64,000 nucleotides of DNA from Acidimicrobiia bacterium (GTDB lineage: Bacteria; Actinomycetota; Acidimicrobiia; Spongiisociales; ZC4RG35). Below, piece after piece: positions 19,330 through 29,100 of this stretch. Positions within the stretch are counted from its first letter, which is position 1. Each line of letters starts with the position of its first letter. Position numbers and translations under genes: made by a program. The stretch is taken from positions 233,741 to 297,740 of the forward strand of contig OY762464.1 in the NCBI GenBank assembly GCA_963665765.1. Direction: 5' to 3'. The notes below the pieces were generated by a model. It ran no database searches, was not told the DNA's origin, and was given only the letters and a program-made list of their open reading frames with translations.

Positions 19330-20797
19330 CCAACTCGCGGATCAAACCGGCTGGATCGGATACCCGCTCCATCAGAGGGCCGGCGTTGATGCGGCTTCCT
19401 TTCAAAGGTTCCATCATAGACACCTTGACAAGGTCTCCCGGATTCCTTTCGAACAAAAGCGAATCCCAATTGGCGGCCACCAAAGAGGTCCCGAACCGGG
19501 AGACGCACGAGCCTCTGAACCAGGCTCTGGTGTCCTCCGGTGGACACCGCTCGGCCTCCTCGATCTCGGCGTCGGTGAACAATCGCCGCATCGCCCCGGT
19601 TTCCACCAATCGGTGGTAGATGCTGCGGGCCGGTTCCACATCGTGATACTGCAAGGCCAGGGCGGCCAACCGGGGATGCGACCAACTCATACTCTGCCGG
19701 GCCCGGTAGGCCTCCAACAGTCCGAGCTTGGCGGTCCAATCCAGCCGATCGGCAGTCAACTTGGGATCGCGTTCCAAATCCACCAACACCCCCTCCCATT
19801 CGTCCAGAACCACCTGCCAGACCTCTTCTTCCATCCGATGACGGGCGTATTCGGAAAGCCACTCCAGATACTGGAACTGCAGTTGGAGAGCGGTAGCGGC
19901 GCCGCCCCCCTCCATTTCCACCGGCTCGGAGAGGCTGAGATCGTGGCTGATCTGCCAACAGGCCTTCACCGGATCGGCCAACTCCAAGGCCGAAGGCAAA
20001 GCCTGGTCTTCGAAGGCATGCAGAAACAGGGCAGTGACGCCCAGTTTCAGAAAAATCTGAACTTCGGAGAGATTTGCGTCACCGATAATCACATGCAGTC
20101 GGCGGTAGCGGGTGGGATCCCCATGCGGTTCGTCGCGGGTGTTGACGATCGGTCTCCGCAGGGTGGTCTCCAATCCCACCACCTCTTCGAAGAAATCCGC
20201 CCGCTGGGTGATCTGGTAGGAACAGGGGGGACGGTAGTTTTCGGCGCCCACCTTGCCCGAACCGGTGAAGATCTGGCGGCTCACCAAAAAGGTAGGGAGA
20301 TAGCGGACAACCCTCCCGAAAGGCGTTAGACGGGAAAGAAGATAGTTTTCATGGGCGCCGTAGCTGCTGCTTTTGCCGTCGCTGTTGTTTTTGTAGAGAC
20401 GGATTTGCTGGTTGGGAGGGAGGGTCTTCTGAACCTGGCGAGCCGCCTTGGCCATCACCAATTCTCCCGCCTTGTCATAAAGCGCCCCTGCCCGGGGATC
20501 GACGCATTCGGGACTGGAGTATTCGGGATGGGAATGATCCACGTACAGACGGGCGCCGTTGGTCAACACCGAGTTGATCAGGGTCGATTCGGGTTCGGGC
20601 ATCCCGAAGTTCTCGTGGCCAAAGCCCCGCGAGTCGCTGCCCGGGGACTCGTGCTCATAGGACCATTGCACTCTCACCGGACCACCGGGGTAACCGTCTA
20701 TCACCGCCGCCGCGGCCAGAGCCTGGTGCTGATGGGCGCGATTGCGGATGATCACCCCGAATTCGGTTTCAGTGCCCAGCACCTTGGGGATGGCCAT
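19313..20797 (-). CDS. dop: Pup deamidase/depupylase Dop
   Basis: PafA/Dop fold (LGTETEFGV..). Called Dop rather than PafA from its position between arc and pup. Start placed at MAIPKVLGTE; the ORF track's 555-aa form carries 61 extra N-terminal residues. Confidence 0.85.
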   Translation of the reverse strand: MAIPKVLGTETEFGVIIRNRAHQHQALAAAAVIDGYPGGPVRVQWSYEHESPGSDSRGFGHENFGMPEPESTLINSVLTNGARLYVDHSHPEYSSPECVDPRAGALYDKAGELVMAKAARQVQKTLPPNQQIRLYKNNSDGKSSSYGAHENYLLSRLTPFGRVVRYLPTFLVSRQIFTGSGKVGAENYRPPCSYQITQRADFFEEVVGLETTLRRPIVNTRDEPHGDPTRYRRLHVIIGDANLSEVQIFLKLGVTALFLHAFEDQALPSALELADPVKACWQISHDLSLSEPVEMEGGGAATALQLQFQYLEWLSEYARHRMEEEVWQVVLDEWEGVLVDLERDPKLTADRLDWTAKLGLLEAYRARQSMSWSHPRLAALALQYHDVEPARSIYHRLVETGAMRRLFTDAEIEEAERCPPEDTRAWFRGSCVSRFGTSLVAANWDSLLFERNPGDLVKVSMMEPLKGSRINAGPLMERVSDPAGLIRELGERNG

Positions 20798-20819
20798 CAG
20801 CAGCCGGTGCGGGGAAAGA

Positions 20820-22532
20820 TCAGAGGTACTGTCCGGTGGTGACCGTTTCCACCATCCGACCGTCGCCATCCTCCAACAACGTGCGTACGTAAACGATCCG
20901 CTCGCCCTTTTTGCCGGAGATCTTCGCCCAGTCATCGGGGTTGGTGGTGTTGGGAAGGTCCTCGTGCTCGCGGAACTCACGACGGACCGCCGCCAGCAGA
21001 TCGTGGGCGCCGATGCCGGGATCTCCCCCGCTCAGATAGCGTTTGATGGCGCTTTTTTTGGAACGGCGGACGATGTTTTCGATCATGGCACCGCTGGAAA
21101 AGTCCTTGAAGAACAACACCTCTCGGTCGCCATTGGCATAGGTGACCTCCAGAAAGCGATTCTCTTTCTTTTCCGAATACATGGCGTCCACCACGTCCGT
21201 GATCAAATCCTCCAACATTCCGTCGGTGTCTCCCCCGGCTTTCGTCAGGCCGTCCGGGCTGTAGGGAAGATCCGAAGTCAAATAGATACGAAATATCTCC
21301 CGGGCGGCGACTTCGTTGGGACGGGAGATCTTGATTTTGACGTCAAGGCGGCCGGGCCGGAGGATCGCCGGATCTATCAGGTCCTCCCGATTGGATGCTC
21401 CGATAACGATCACGTTCCGCAAAGATTCCACACCGTCCAGCTCGGAAAGCAACTGGGGAACGATGGTCGACTCCACATCAGAGGATATTCCGGTGCCCCT
21501 GGTGCGGAACAGCGAGTCCATCTCGTCGAAGAACACGATCACCGGCACTCCTTCGGACGCCTTCTCCCTGGCCCGCTGAAAGATCAACCGAATCTGTCGT
21601 TCGGTTTCCCCCACCCACTTGCTAAGCAGTTCCGGACCCTTGATGTTGAGGAAATAGGAGTGGGTGTCCGGTTGGCCGGTCCGCTCGGCGACCGCCACGG
21701 CGAGACTGTTGGCCACCGCCTTGGCGATCAGGGTCTTGCCGCAACCGGGAGGACCATAGAGCAGTATGCCCTGGGGAGGCTTGAGGTTGTACCGGGAGAA
21801 AAGTTCACGGTGCACATAGGGAAGCTCCACTGCGTCACGGATCATTTCGATCTGGGAATGTAGACCCCCCACCTGCGTGTAGTTGACATCGGGAACTTCC
21901 TCGAGGATTAGTTCCTCCACCTCGGGGCGCGCCAGTCTCTCCAGGGCCATGGCGCCTTGCACATCCACCCGCACGTTGTCTCCCATGCGCAACGGCTCGT
22001 CCTGCAGCGGACCGGCGATCCACACCACCCGGTTCTCGTCTCCGTGAGCCTGCACCAAAAGTCGGTCCTGTCCCAGGCGGTCTCTCACCACCATCACTTC
22101 TCCCGTGCCGTCGAAATCGCGGACATCGATGATGGAGTAGGCCTCGTTCAACAGGACCTGCTGTCCGGGCTGGAGCTTTTTGACCTCAATGGAAGGCTGT
22201 GCGTCCACCCGGAGCTTGCGAGTACCGGTCACCAGATCCACTTTTCCGTCGGTGTGCACTCCCAACACCGTCCCGAAGGCGTTGGGGGGGCTGGTCAGCC
22301 GTTCGATCTCGGTCCGGAGCATGGCCAGTTGTTCGCGGGCTTCGGTCAGGAGGGCGCCCAGTTTCTCGTTCTGGCCGCGCACTCGATCGAGTTGCCGCCG
22401 AGTCTGGTCCATCTGGTGCTGGAGAGCGTCGATCCGACGGGGAGTCTGCGAACGCAACCGGGCCAGCTCACCCTCCAATTGAGCGATAACTGCGGAGGGA
22501 TCGGAGTAGTCGGGTCGGCGCTGTTCGAACAT
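20820..22532 (-). CDS. arc: proteasome-associated AAA ATPase ARC/Mpa
   Basis: N-terminal coiled coil, AAA module [16 protein letters not shown], and C-terminal ..TGQYL. Start placed at [11 protein letters not shown] (Met 102 of the track ORF). Confidence 0.9.
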   Translation of the reverse strand: MFEQRRPDYSDPSAVIAQLEGELARLRSQTPRRIDALQHQMDQTRRQLDRVRGQNEKLGALLTEAREQLAMLRTEIERLTSPPNAFGTVLGVHTDGKVDLVTGTRKLRVDAQPSIEVKKLQPGQQVLLNEAYSIIDVRDFDGTGEVMVVRDRLGQDRLLVQAHGDENRVVWIAGPLQDEPLRMGDNVRVDVQGAMALERLARPEVEELILEEVPDVNYTQVGGLHSQIEMIRDAVELPYVHRELFSRYNLKPPQGILLYGPPGCGKTLIAKAVANSLAVAVAERTGQPDTHSYFLNIKGPELLSKWVGETERQIRLIFQRAREKASEGVPVIVFFDEMDSLFRTRGTGISSDVESTIVPQLLSELDGVESLRNVIVIGASNREDLIDPAILRPGRLDVKIKISRPNEVAAREIFRIYLTSDLPYSPDGLTKAGGDTDGMLEDLITDVVDAMYSEKKENRFLEVTYANGDREVLFFKDFSSGAMIENIVRRSKKSAIKRYLSGGDPGIGAHDLLAAVRREFREHEDLPNTTNPDDWAKISGKKGERIVYVRTLLEDGDGRMVETVTTGQYL

Positions 22533-22652
22533 CTTCCTGCTTCGAGGATTTTCCGGCGTGCGGATGAGTATACGAAATGTGTTTGTATTCTGGGATACCA
22601 AGCTTGTTATCATTGAACTCAACCATTCCAAGGACGGGAGACCACAAGGGCT

Positions 22653-22898
22653 ATGAAGGTTTGGATTGATCAAGACCTCTGCACCGGCGATGGGCTGTGC
22701 GAAGAGATTGCCCCGGATGTTTTCGTTCTCCTGGATGACGGCCTGGCCTACGTTCGGGACGGCGAGACCATCTATGCGGAAGCCGAGGGACACATACAAG
22801 GCGCCGGTGGGCTCGCAATCGTTCCCGCCGGCCAAGAAGACATCACCATCGAGTCTGCCGAAGAGTGCCCCGGGGAGTGCATCTTCATAGAGCCCTGA
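22653..22898 (+). CDS. small [3Fe-4S]/[4Fe-4S] ferredoxin
   Basis: 81 aa with the [26 protein letters not shown] cysteine pattern of single-cluster actinobacterial ferredoxins. Confidence 0.85.
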   Translation: MKVWIDQDLCTGDGLCEEIAPDVFVLLDDGLAYVRDGETIYAEAEGHIQGAGGLAIVPAGQEDITIESAEECPGECIFIEP

Positions 22899-23253
22899 GC
22901 ACCGGACTCAGTGAGTAGGCGGTTAGCAACCGTCTATCGCCAAAAGCTGGCCACTAACCCGCGAAAATCGCGCCACGAAATTTTCGCCCGTTGGGCCCCT
23001 CCCCCGCCGCTCACCACCAGGATCGGGACACGCTTCGCCACGGGTTGGTGGCGGGAACCAGCGTCCCGAAAAGATTTATGACCTCCGGTGCGGTCCTGAC
23101 GACGTCGGACAGGGCCGGGGAGATGTTCGACCCATTCAATATGCGCCCCGGCATGTGACAAGTCAATCCCCACCGTTGCCTTTGTTTCGCGAACCCACCC
23201 ACACCTTCCCGCCCACGTTCTTATCGGAATAACCCGTTTCTTGGATCCGACGG

Positions 23254-24066
23254 TCAGGACGGGTGGTTGGGAAACCTGATTCTGGACACGACCAGGAAAC
23301 CGGTGTGTCCGATCATCTGATGCCGGGGCCGCACCGACGGACCATGCACGTTCCATTCCCGGTGAAGGGTCTCAAATACCTCCGTTTCGCAAAAGGCGTG
23401 GGTCGACTTCAGGGTGGACACCAGCTTCTCCACCTGCGGCACGGTCGGCAGGTAGGAGCAGAAAACCCCTCCCGGTGGCTGGGCGGACGCCGCCACGGCG
23501 GCCGCATGCCATGGTTCGGGAACATCCAGAACCACCCGTTCGGGTCCCACCACCCCGATCGCGTCCTCGACCCTGCCCCGGAAGAGCTCCAACTGGGCAG
23601 GTATCTCGCCGAACCATCTGGTGATCATCTTGCGGGCATGGGCGGCGTGATCATCCCGGATCTCCGCGGAGACCACCTGGCCCTCCGCTCCCACGGCCCG
23701 CGCCAGCGCCATCGCCAAGGCGCCCGATCCGGTTCCTCCCTCGACCACGGTCATCCCCGGTCCGATGTCCGCCCACATCAGAATCGGGCCGATGTCTTTG
23801 GGATACACGACCTGGGCGCCTCGTTTCATCTTCAAGATGAAATCGGCCAGCCGGGGACGAAGCAGCCGCAGCCGGGCACCCGACGACGAACTGAGCAGAA
23901 TGCCCTCGGATCGGCCGATGATCTCGGTGTGGGGCACCACCCCCATGTGGTATTCGAAGCGGCGGGACGGATGCAAAAGCACCAGGAAGCGCCGACCCTT
24001 CCCGTCGATCAGGAGCGCCGTTTCCCCTTCCTCGAACAAACGGTGACTTCGGGCGGGCGGCGTCAC
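23254..24066 (-). CDS. trmI: tRNA (adenine58-N1)-methyltransferase TrmI
   Basis: AdoMet fold VVEGGTGSGALA and an overall match to Rv2118c-type TrmI. A GTG start at about 24066 is proposed from N-terminal alignment; the ORF track extends to 24237. Confidence 0.75.
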   Translation of the reverse strand: MTPPARSHRLFEEGETALLIDGKGRRFLVLLHPSRRFEYHMGVVPHTEIIGRSEGILLSSSSGARLRLLRPRLADFILKMKRGAQVVYPKDIGPILMWADIGPGMTVVEGGTGSGALAMALARAVGAEGQVVSAEIRDDHAAHARKMITRWFGEIPAQLELFRGRVEDAIGVVGPERVVLDVPEPWHAAAVAASAQPPGGVFCSYLPTVPQVEKLVSTLKSTHAFCETEVFETLHREWNVHGPSVRPRHQMIGHTGFLVVSRIRFPNHPS

Positions 24067-24251
24067 GAGGATCGGTGGGCGGCTATGCCAAGCACAGTCA
24101 CCTCCTTCAACCGGCAAAAAGCGCCCGTCCGGCCGACAGTGGGCTGCCCGCATTGCCGATGCACATGGGCGACGAAATGCTCCTTGCAGAACCCGGCGTT
24201 GTGACGCCGCACAGAGATCACCGCCCCTTGGCAGCACACCCGACCCTTCAT
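24063..24251 (-). CDS. small Cys/His-rich hypothetical protein
   Basis: 62 aa with clustered Cys residues (CC..C..C..C). It sits exactly between the ThiS-like ORF stop and the proposed trmI start. No family assigned. Confidence 0.3.
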   Translation of the reverse strand: MKGRVCCQGAVISVRRHNAGFCKEHFVAHVHRQCGQPTVGRTGAFCRLKEVTVLGIAAHRSS

Positions 24252-24258
24252 GAGATGG

Positions 24259-24452
24259 TCAACCTCCCGAGCTAACCGGGCGCAACTCGATGACGTCGTG
24301 GGGGTGGAGACGCCCCCCGTCGGGAAGGAGTTGATCCTCCCTGCTCACCAGCACCGTCTCGGACATCAAGTCGAATCCGTTCAACAGGGCCTGAACTGTT
24401 TTCGGCCCCTGCAACTCGATCTCCGCCGTGGCTGATGCAATAGGACTTTCAT
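24259..24452 (-). pseudogene. ThiS/MoaD-like beta-grasp sulfur-carrier ORF ending in Gly-Gly, with an apparent -1 frame disruption
   Basis: Own translation gives MKVLLHQPRRR.. in one frame and ..IELQGPKTVQALLNGFDLMSETVLVSREDQLLPDGGRLHPHDVIELRPVSSGG* in the -1 frame. Joined they make about 65 aa, the ThiS size. Its ATG overlaps the stop of the upstream mini-ORF as ATGA. Confidence 0.4.
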
Positions 24453-24529
24453 TGGAAGACTGCCACCACCGAGCCCAGCAAGGTGAGTATCAAGGCCATC
24501 ACCAGGATCCATACCAAGGCTCTTCGCAT
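24449..24529 (-). CDS. 26-aa hydrophobic mini-ORF (MRRALVWILVMALILTLLGSVVAVFQ)
   Basis: Own translation: one predicted TM helix, an upstream aaaggag motif at sub-optimal spacing, and a stop overlapping the next ATG. Confidence 0.25.
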   Translation of the reverse strand: MRRALVWILVMALILTLLGSVVAVFQ

Positions 24530-24589
24530 CCGGTCGTTTCTCAAAGAACGCTCCTTTCGATAGCGTGTCTAGGCTTGTTTCAATACCTT

Positions 24590-24635
24590 ATACAAATATC
24601 GTGATAATCAACATACAAATATCGTGATAATCAAC
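24590..24635. repeat. perfect tandem duplication of a 23-bp AT-rich unit (atacaaatatcgtgataatcaac x2)
   Basis: Read directly from the sequence. Each unit contains a GTGATAATCA / GATAAT hexamer reminiscent of Fur-family half-sites. It stands out in a roughly 65% GC context. Confidence 0.85.
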
Positions 24636-24834
24636 CACCTCAAACGCCTGGCGAGGCGTAGCGCCTTCGGAGGGGCCCGCACCGGGGATGTCTGGCTGAT
24701 GATGGCCGGTCTGCTGGTGTGGCGCTGGGCGGCGGGGAAACGACGCCGGGGACGCTGATCCTCCAAACAACACGGCGGGGGGTCATCATCGGCCGGCAGC
24801 AACCTCGATTGGCTCTTTCGGGTCGTTTTCTCGA

Positions 24835-25053
24835 TCAAACCATGCGGGCCAGTTCGGAGATGGCCTTTCTTACCCGGCTTCGACCCCGGCGTCTCCCCAC
24901 CCAGTAGGCCACTCCCACCGCGGCCATCGCCCCCAGGCCCTTCAGAACCACCGGACTCTTCATCGACTCTCCGGTCTGGGTCAATACCTCGACGATCTCG
25001 CGGGCCTGCCGCTCGAGGTCCTCTCGAGTCACCGAGCCGTTTTGCTCACTCAT
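24835..25053 (-). CDS. small partner protein of the holin-like gene (DUF3618/YtxH-like?)
   Basis: 72 aa MSEQNGSVTREDLERQAREIVEVL.. with one C-terminal TM segment. Overlaps the upstream gene's stop. Confidence 0.45.
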   Translation of the reverse strand: MSEQNGSVTREDLERQAREIVEVLTQTGESMKSPVVLKGLGAMAAVGVAYWVGRRRGRSRVRKAISELARMV

Positions 25054-25348
25054 CACCGGTCCGGAGCCTTCCTGCCACAATCACCGTGGCCAAAAGGACA
25101 ACCACCGCCGTGAGGGCGGTCGAGGCGGCCGCCCACCACTGGCCCTGGGGGAGAATCTCACCGAGGAACTCATGCAGACCGAGCGCCAGCAGCACAACTC
25201 CCAGCCCCACCAGCAACATTGTGATGAGCGCCCGGGCAACTGATCGGCCGATGTTTTTCATCGGGTCCACGGTCTCTTGGCGCAGGTACTGTTTGGTGAG
25301 CTCGATCAAATCAGCCACCTGCTGGGGAAGTTCCTTGGGATCCGCCAT
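25046..25348 (-). CDS. phage-holin-family (actinobacterial Holin-X-like) two-TM protein
   Basis: About 100 aa: a charged amphipathic N-terminus (..LIELTKQYLRQE..) followed by two TM helices, as in PF07332-type chromosomal proteins. Confidence 0.55.
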   Translation of the reverse strand: MADPKELPQQVADLIELTKQYLRQETVDPMKNIGRSVARALITMLLVGLGVVLLALGLHEFLGEILPQGQWWAAASTALTAVVVLLATVIVAGRLRTGDE

Positions 25349-25447
25349 GAAGCACAAGGCTACACCGTCCCCGACGGTGGATGACCGGGGATCCTCGCCG
25401 ATGGGCGGTTACCAGGAGTTGTCTCATCCGCTCTTTATGATGGAACC

Positions 25448-26152
25448 ATGCCCACCGCAGCATCCGGCCCGGGGAGAATCTCAACCCGAACCTCTTCTTT
25501 TGGAGTTGGCCGACGCGAAAACCACGATTCGTCTGCTTTCTACGCTCGTTTCACCCCTCCTCTAATTGACCAGGTCGTCGCCCTCTACCTATCAGGTGAG
25601 ACTGGGACAGCGGCGCGACCGGTTGCCCACGGTGAAAGCCGAACACGAACAGAAACGCTTCGTCACGGCACCGGAGGTGCTATGAACCCGAATATTGAGG
25701 AACCCGAACGCCGCTTGATCCGCGACGCCATGGCCCGCCTACTGGACGGGGACCCCATCCGCTCCGACGGCAAACTCACCGTGAAGTCGCTGGCGGCCGA
25801 GGCTGGATTGAAGCGCTGGTACCTAACGCAAAAACACACCGATCTGCGCGATGAGTTCTACGACAGGGTCCGTGTCCAGGGCACCACACCCGCCGCCATG
25901 ACCCGGCTCTACGAAGAGATCGCAACGCTCAAAGAAGCCCACAAACGAGACCGACCGCGCTGCGCGACGCCATCGCAGAAAAGGAAATCTACGCCCGCGA
26001 GACACAGGTTCTCGCACTCGAGAACGCACAACTCAAAAAACAACCGAGCGCACCCGGGCTGGTGCGGCTCATCACAAGCGAGCCGAAGCCGCCCGACGAC
26101 TCTACCGCCTAACCGAGGGTTACCGGCTCTTCGGAAACGCATGGGGAAGTGA
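25448..26152 (+). pseudogene. chimeric/frameshifted ORF: duplicated 5' segment of the methyltransferase gene joined to an HTH plus leucine-zipper (IS OrfA-like) fragment
   Basis: Nucleotides about 25470-25560 are roughly 80% identical to 27640-27725 (protein ..TSSFGVGRRENHDSSAFYARF.PP). The downstream part (MNPNIEEPERRLIRDAMARLL..KLTVKSLAAEAGLKRWYL..) continues in another frame (..TALRDAIAEKEIYARETQVLALENAQLKK). Confidence 0.5.
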
Positions 26153-26324
26153 TGAGAGAAAGGATGACGGGAATCCGCCGTTTGTGTTGGGGGATACTCC
26201 ACAGCGGGGCTGGTGCCTTTGGCCGTGTCCACCCCGACAAACACCCTTGACCTCTTACCTGCCCACTGGAGGGGTGCTTTGCTAGCAACCCTGGGTTACT
26301 TGCGGCCCCTGTGCTCGAATGAAT

Positions 26325-27431
26325 CTAGTGGTGTGTCGCGGTTTTGGTTTGGGGGTTGAGGGCGGCTTTTCCTCGGCGTGCTTTGGTGATGATTTGTTGC
26401 GGGGTTTTGTGCCAGATGAAGGGTTTGGGATTTTGGTTCCAGTGGTCGGTCCAGGTGTTGATGGCTTCCACGAGTTGGTCTACGCTGATGAAACTGTCCC
26501 GACGGAGCCGTTTTTGGGTGAGTTCTCTGAACCATCGTTCGACCAGGTTCAGCCACGACGCCGAGGTGGGAGTGTAGTGAACATGCCAGCGGTGCTTGCG
26601 TTGAGGGGTTTCCAACCAGCGGATGACGTTTCGGTGTTTGTGAGCCGCGTAGTTGTCGATAACCAGGTGCACGTCCAGGTCGGGGGGAACATGACGTTCG
26701 ATCAGTTTCAAAAAGCCCAGGAACTCTTGATGACGGTGCCGTGGTCGACAATCGGTGATCACCCTCCCCGTGGCAGTGTCCAACGCCGCGTACAGGGTGG
26801 TGGTGCCGTGCCGTTTGTAATCATGGGTCATGGTTCCCGCCCGTCCGGGCTTGATCGGCAACGACTTCTGGGTGCGTTCCAAAGCCTGGATCTGAGACTT
26901 TTCGTCCACGCACAGGACCACCGCCCGTTCGGGCGGGTCCATGTACAAACCCACCACATCAACCAGTTTCTCCTCAAAACGGGGATCGTTAGACAACTTG
27001 AACGTCTCAGTACTCCAAGGTTTGAGGTTCCGAGCCCTCCAAATACGCGCTACCGTGTCTTTGCCTACCCCGTAACGAGCCGCCATCGTCCGGGTCGACC
27101 AATGTGTCGAACCGTCCGAAGGGCGGGAACGCAACGTGTCATCCACGATCTTGTTCACGACCTCCCCGCTGATCACCGGAGGCCGTCCCCGACCCGGTCT
27201 GACCACTCCCACACCCTCAACACCGTCCTCACCAAACCGTTTACGCCAAGCCCGAACAGTGTTAGCAGACACCCCCACCCGCCGACCGATCTCCTCGTTC
27301 GCTGTCCCATCAGCAGCCAACAACAACGCAGCAGCCTGACGAACACGACGAAACGGCGCCGAATCCGACCGGGCCATCACCTCCAACGCAGCACGCTGCT
27401 CAACCGACACCACCAACGGAGACGCAACCAT
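26325..27431 (-). CDS. IS630-family (Tc1/mariner-like) DDE transposase
   Basis: HTH N-terminus, then DDE core (..VLCVDEKSQIQAL..HLVIDNYAAHKH..SWLNLVERWF). Start placed at MVASPLVV. Confidence 0.9.
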   Translation of the reverse strand: MVASPLVVSVEQRAALEVMARSDSAPFRRVRQAAALLLAADGTANEEIGRRVGVSANTVRAWRKRFGEDGVEGVGVVRPGRGRPPVISGEVVNKIVDDTLRSRPSDGSTHWSTRTMAARYGVGKDTVARIWRARNLKPWSTETFKLSNDPRFEEKLVDVVGLYMDPPERAVVLCVDEKSQIQALERTQKSLPIKPGRAGTMTHDYKRHGTTTLYAALDTATGRVITDCRPRHRHQEFLGFLKLIERHVPPDLDVHLVIDNYAAHKHRNVIRWLETPQRKHRWHVHYTPTSASWLNLVERWFRELTQKRLRRDSFISVDQLVEAINTWTDHWNQNPKPFIWHKTPQQIITKARRGKAALNPQTKTATHH

Positions 27432-27482
27432 AGACACACACCCCAACACTAACACCCAAACCAAATAACAGACACACCACTA
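26326..27482. mobile_element. IS630-family insertion sequence (about 1.16 kb) with terminal inverted repeats and TA ends
   Basis: Left end tagtggtgtgtcgcggttttggtttgg matches the reverse complement of the right end ccaaaccaaataacagacacaccacta (CTAGTGGTGTGTC..TTTGGTTTGG). It encloses the transposase gene. Confidence 0.8.
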
Positions 27483-27588
27483 GCTTCCCTTCGTTCATTT
27501 GACCGCGATCCCTTGACTGGACATGTGTCTTTGGCAAGCACGTCTCTCGACCGGCGGATACCGGAAGTTGCCCCACCTGCCCTATAGG

Positions 27589-29052
27589 ATGACACCCATG
27601 ACGACAGAAGCGTTCGACTCTCGAAGGACCCCGACCGAGACATCTTCTTTTGGGGTTGGCCGGCGGGAGAGTCATGATTCGTCTGCTTTCTATGCGCGTT
27701 TCGATCCTCCTGTCATCGACCTGGACGAGCGTGTCGGTCGCCGCCCTCAGAGAGAAGGTCCGATCTTGGGCGATGCTAGGTCTATGAGCGATTTGCCGAG
27801 CAACTCGGTGGCGTTGGTGGTCACCTCGCCGCCTTATTTTGTGGGTAAGGAGTATGAGAACGAGGTGATGGTCGCTGCCCGGTCGGGGAATGTACTTTCG
27901 GAGGTTCCAGGCAGTTACAGGGAGTATTTGCGGCTGCTTCATGACGTTTTCCAAGAGTGCTATCGGGTGTTGGAACCGGGAGGTCGGATGGCGGTCAATG
28001 TGGCGAACCTGGGCCGTAAGCCTTATCGAAGCCTTTCTGCTGATGTGATCCGGATCTTTGGAGATCTCGGGTTGTTTCTTCGAGGTGAGATCATCTGGCG
28101 CAAAGCCGCTGCCAGTAGCGGTTCCTGCGCGTGGGGTTCGTTCCGCAGTCCCTCCAACCCGGTGCTGAGGGACGTGACGGAAAGGATCGTGGTGGCATCC
28201 AAGGGAAGGTTCGATCGTGCGCTGCCGCCCGCCCGCCGGCGAACTCTGGGGCTTCCCCATGTGGCCACGACCAACAGCGACGAGTTCATGGAAGCCACTT
28301 TGGACGTGTGGACAATCCCTGCCGAGAACGCCCGCAGAGTGGGTCACCCCGCCCCGTTTCCCGTCGAGCTACCCCTACGACTCATCCATCTGTACACCTA
28401 CGAAGATGACCTGGTGTTAGACCCGTTCTTAGGATCGGGAACTACTTTGCTAGCTGCCCTCCACGCGTCGCGAAGGGGCGTTGGGTACGACATCGACCCT
28501 GAATATGTTCAGATCGTCGAGGACAGACTTCAACAGGCCACGGTTGACGCCACCGATAATCGCCGAGTGTCTGTGTCGGTCGAAGGTGCCCGTTCCCTGG
28601 CACGGCGGACACTCGAGGAATCGGGATTCACCATCATCAAAACCAACCCGAAGTTAGGAGGCACCGGCGTCTCATACGACTTTCTTGTTGAGAACCGGTA
28701 CCGTCAGAGGTGGTATGTGGATGTGGCAGGAGGGTTCACCGCCGTCCAGCCGGGACTTCAACGCAGCACGGTGGTGTGGGAAACTCTCGGGAAGGCGCAT
28801 GTGCTTCACGGAACGGAAACCGCCAACGAGCCTCGGGTGCTGGTGATGACCCCCAAGTTGCCCAAGCCCGCAAGCCTGGGGCGGAAAGCCATCAATGCTG
28901 TTGGACCCCGGCGTCTGTTCGACCTCATTGAGCTTTCCAACGCTTCTGATCTTCTGCGGCTGCAGTGTTACGGGACGCAACTGACCGGCCGTCCCTCCCT
29001 TGGGTTCTGGACCACCGAGCAGATCAGTCAGTCCTTCTCGACCGACCGGTAG
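27589..29052 (+). CDS. beta-class N6-adenine/N4-cytosine DNA methyltransferase with an extra C-terminal domain of about 190 aa
   Basis: Motif IV SPPYFVGKEY precedes motif I DPFLGSGTTLLAA (PF01555-type order). Start placed at MTPMTTEAF; it lies immediately right of the IS630 end. Confidence 0.85.
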   Translation: MTPMTTEAFDSRRTPTETSSFGVGRRESHDSSAFYARFDPPVIDLDERVGRRPQREGPILGDARSMSDLPSNSVALVVTSPPYFVGKEYENEVMVAARSGNVLSEVPGSYREYLRLLHDVFQECYRVLEPGGRMAVNVANLGRKPYRSLSADVIRIFGDLGLFLRGEIIWRKAAASSGSCAWGSFRSPSNPVLRDVTERIVVASKGRFDRALPPARRRTLGLPHVATTNSDEFMEATLDVWTIPAENARRVGHPAPFPVELPLRLIHLYTYEDDLVLDPFLGSGTTLLAALHASRRGVGYDIDPEYVQIVEDRLQQATVDATDNRRVSVSVEGARSLARRTLEESGFTIIKTNPKLGGTGVSYDFLVENRYRQRWYVDVAGGFTAVQPGLQRSTVVWETLGKAHVLHGTETANEPRVLVMTPKLPKPASLGRKAINAVGPRRLFDLIELSNASDLLRLQCYGTQLTGRPSLGFWTTEQISQSFSTDR

Positions 29053-29100
29053 ATCCGAGACCGCCGGTCACCAAATTCCGGGCTTATAGCATCATCAACA

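Noticed and set aside
19613-21863. Plus-strand ORFs of 238, 163 and 373 aa
   Set aside because: They are antisense to dop and arc, both unambiguous.
25046-25357. Possible prophage lysis cassette (holin)
   Set aside because: Holin-X-like two-TM proteins paired with small DUF-type partners are common chromosomal genes in actinobacteria. There is no endolysin, portal, terminase or integrase nearby.
26319-27452. 377-aa plus-strand ORF
   Set aside because: It is antisense to the IS630 transposase, which has the full HTH plus DDE architecture.
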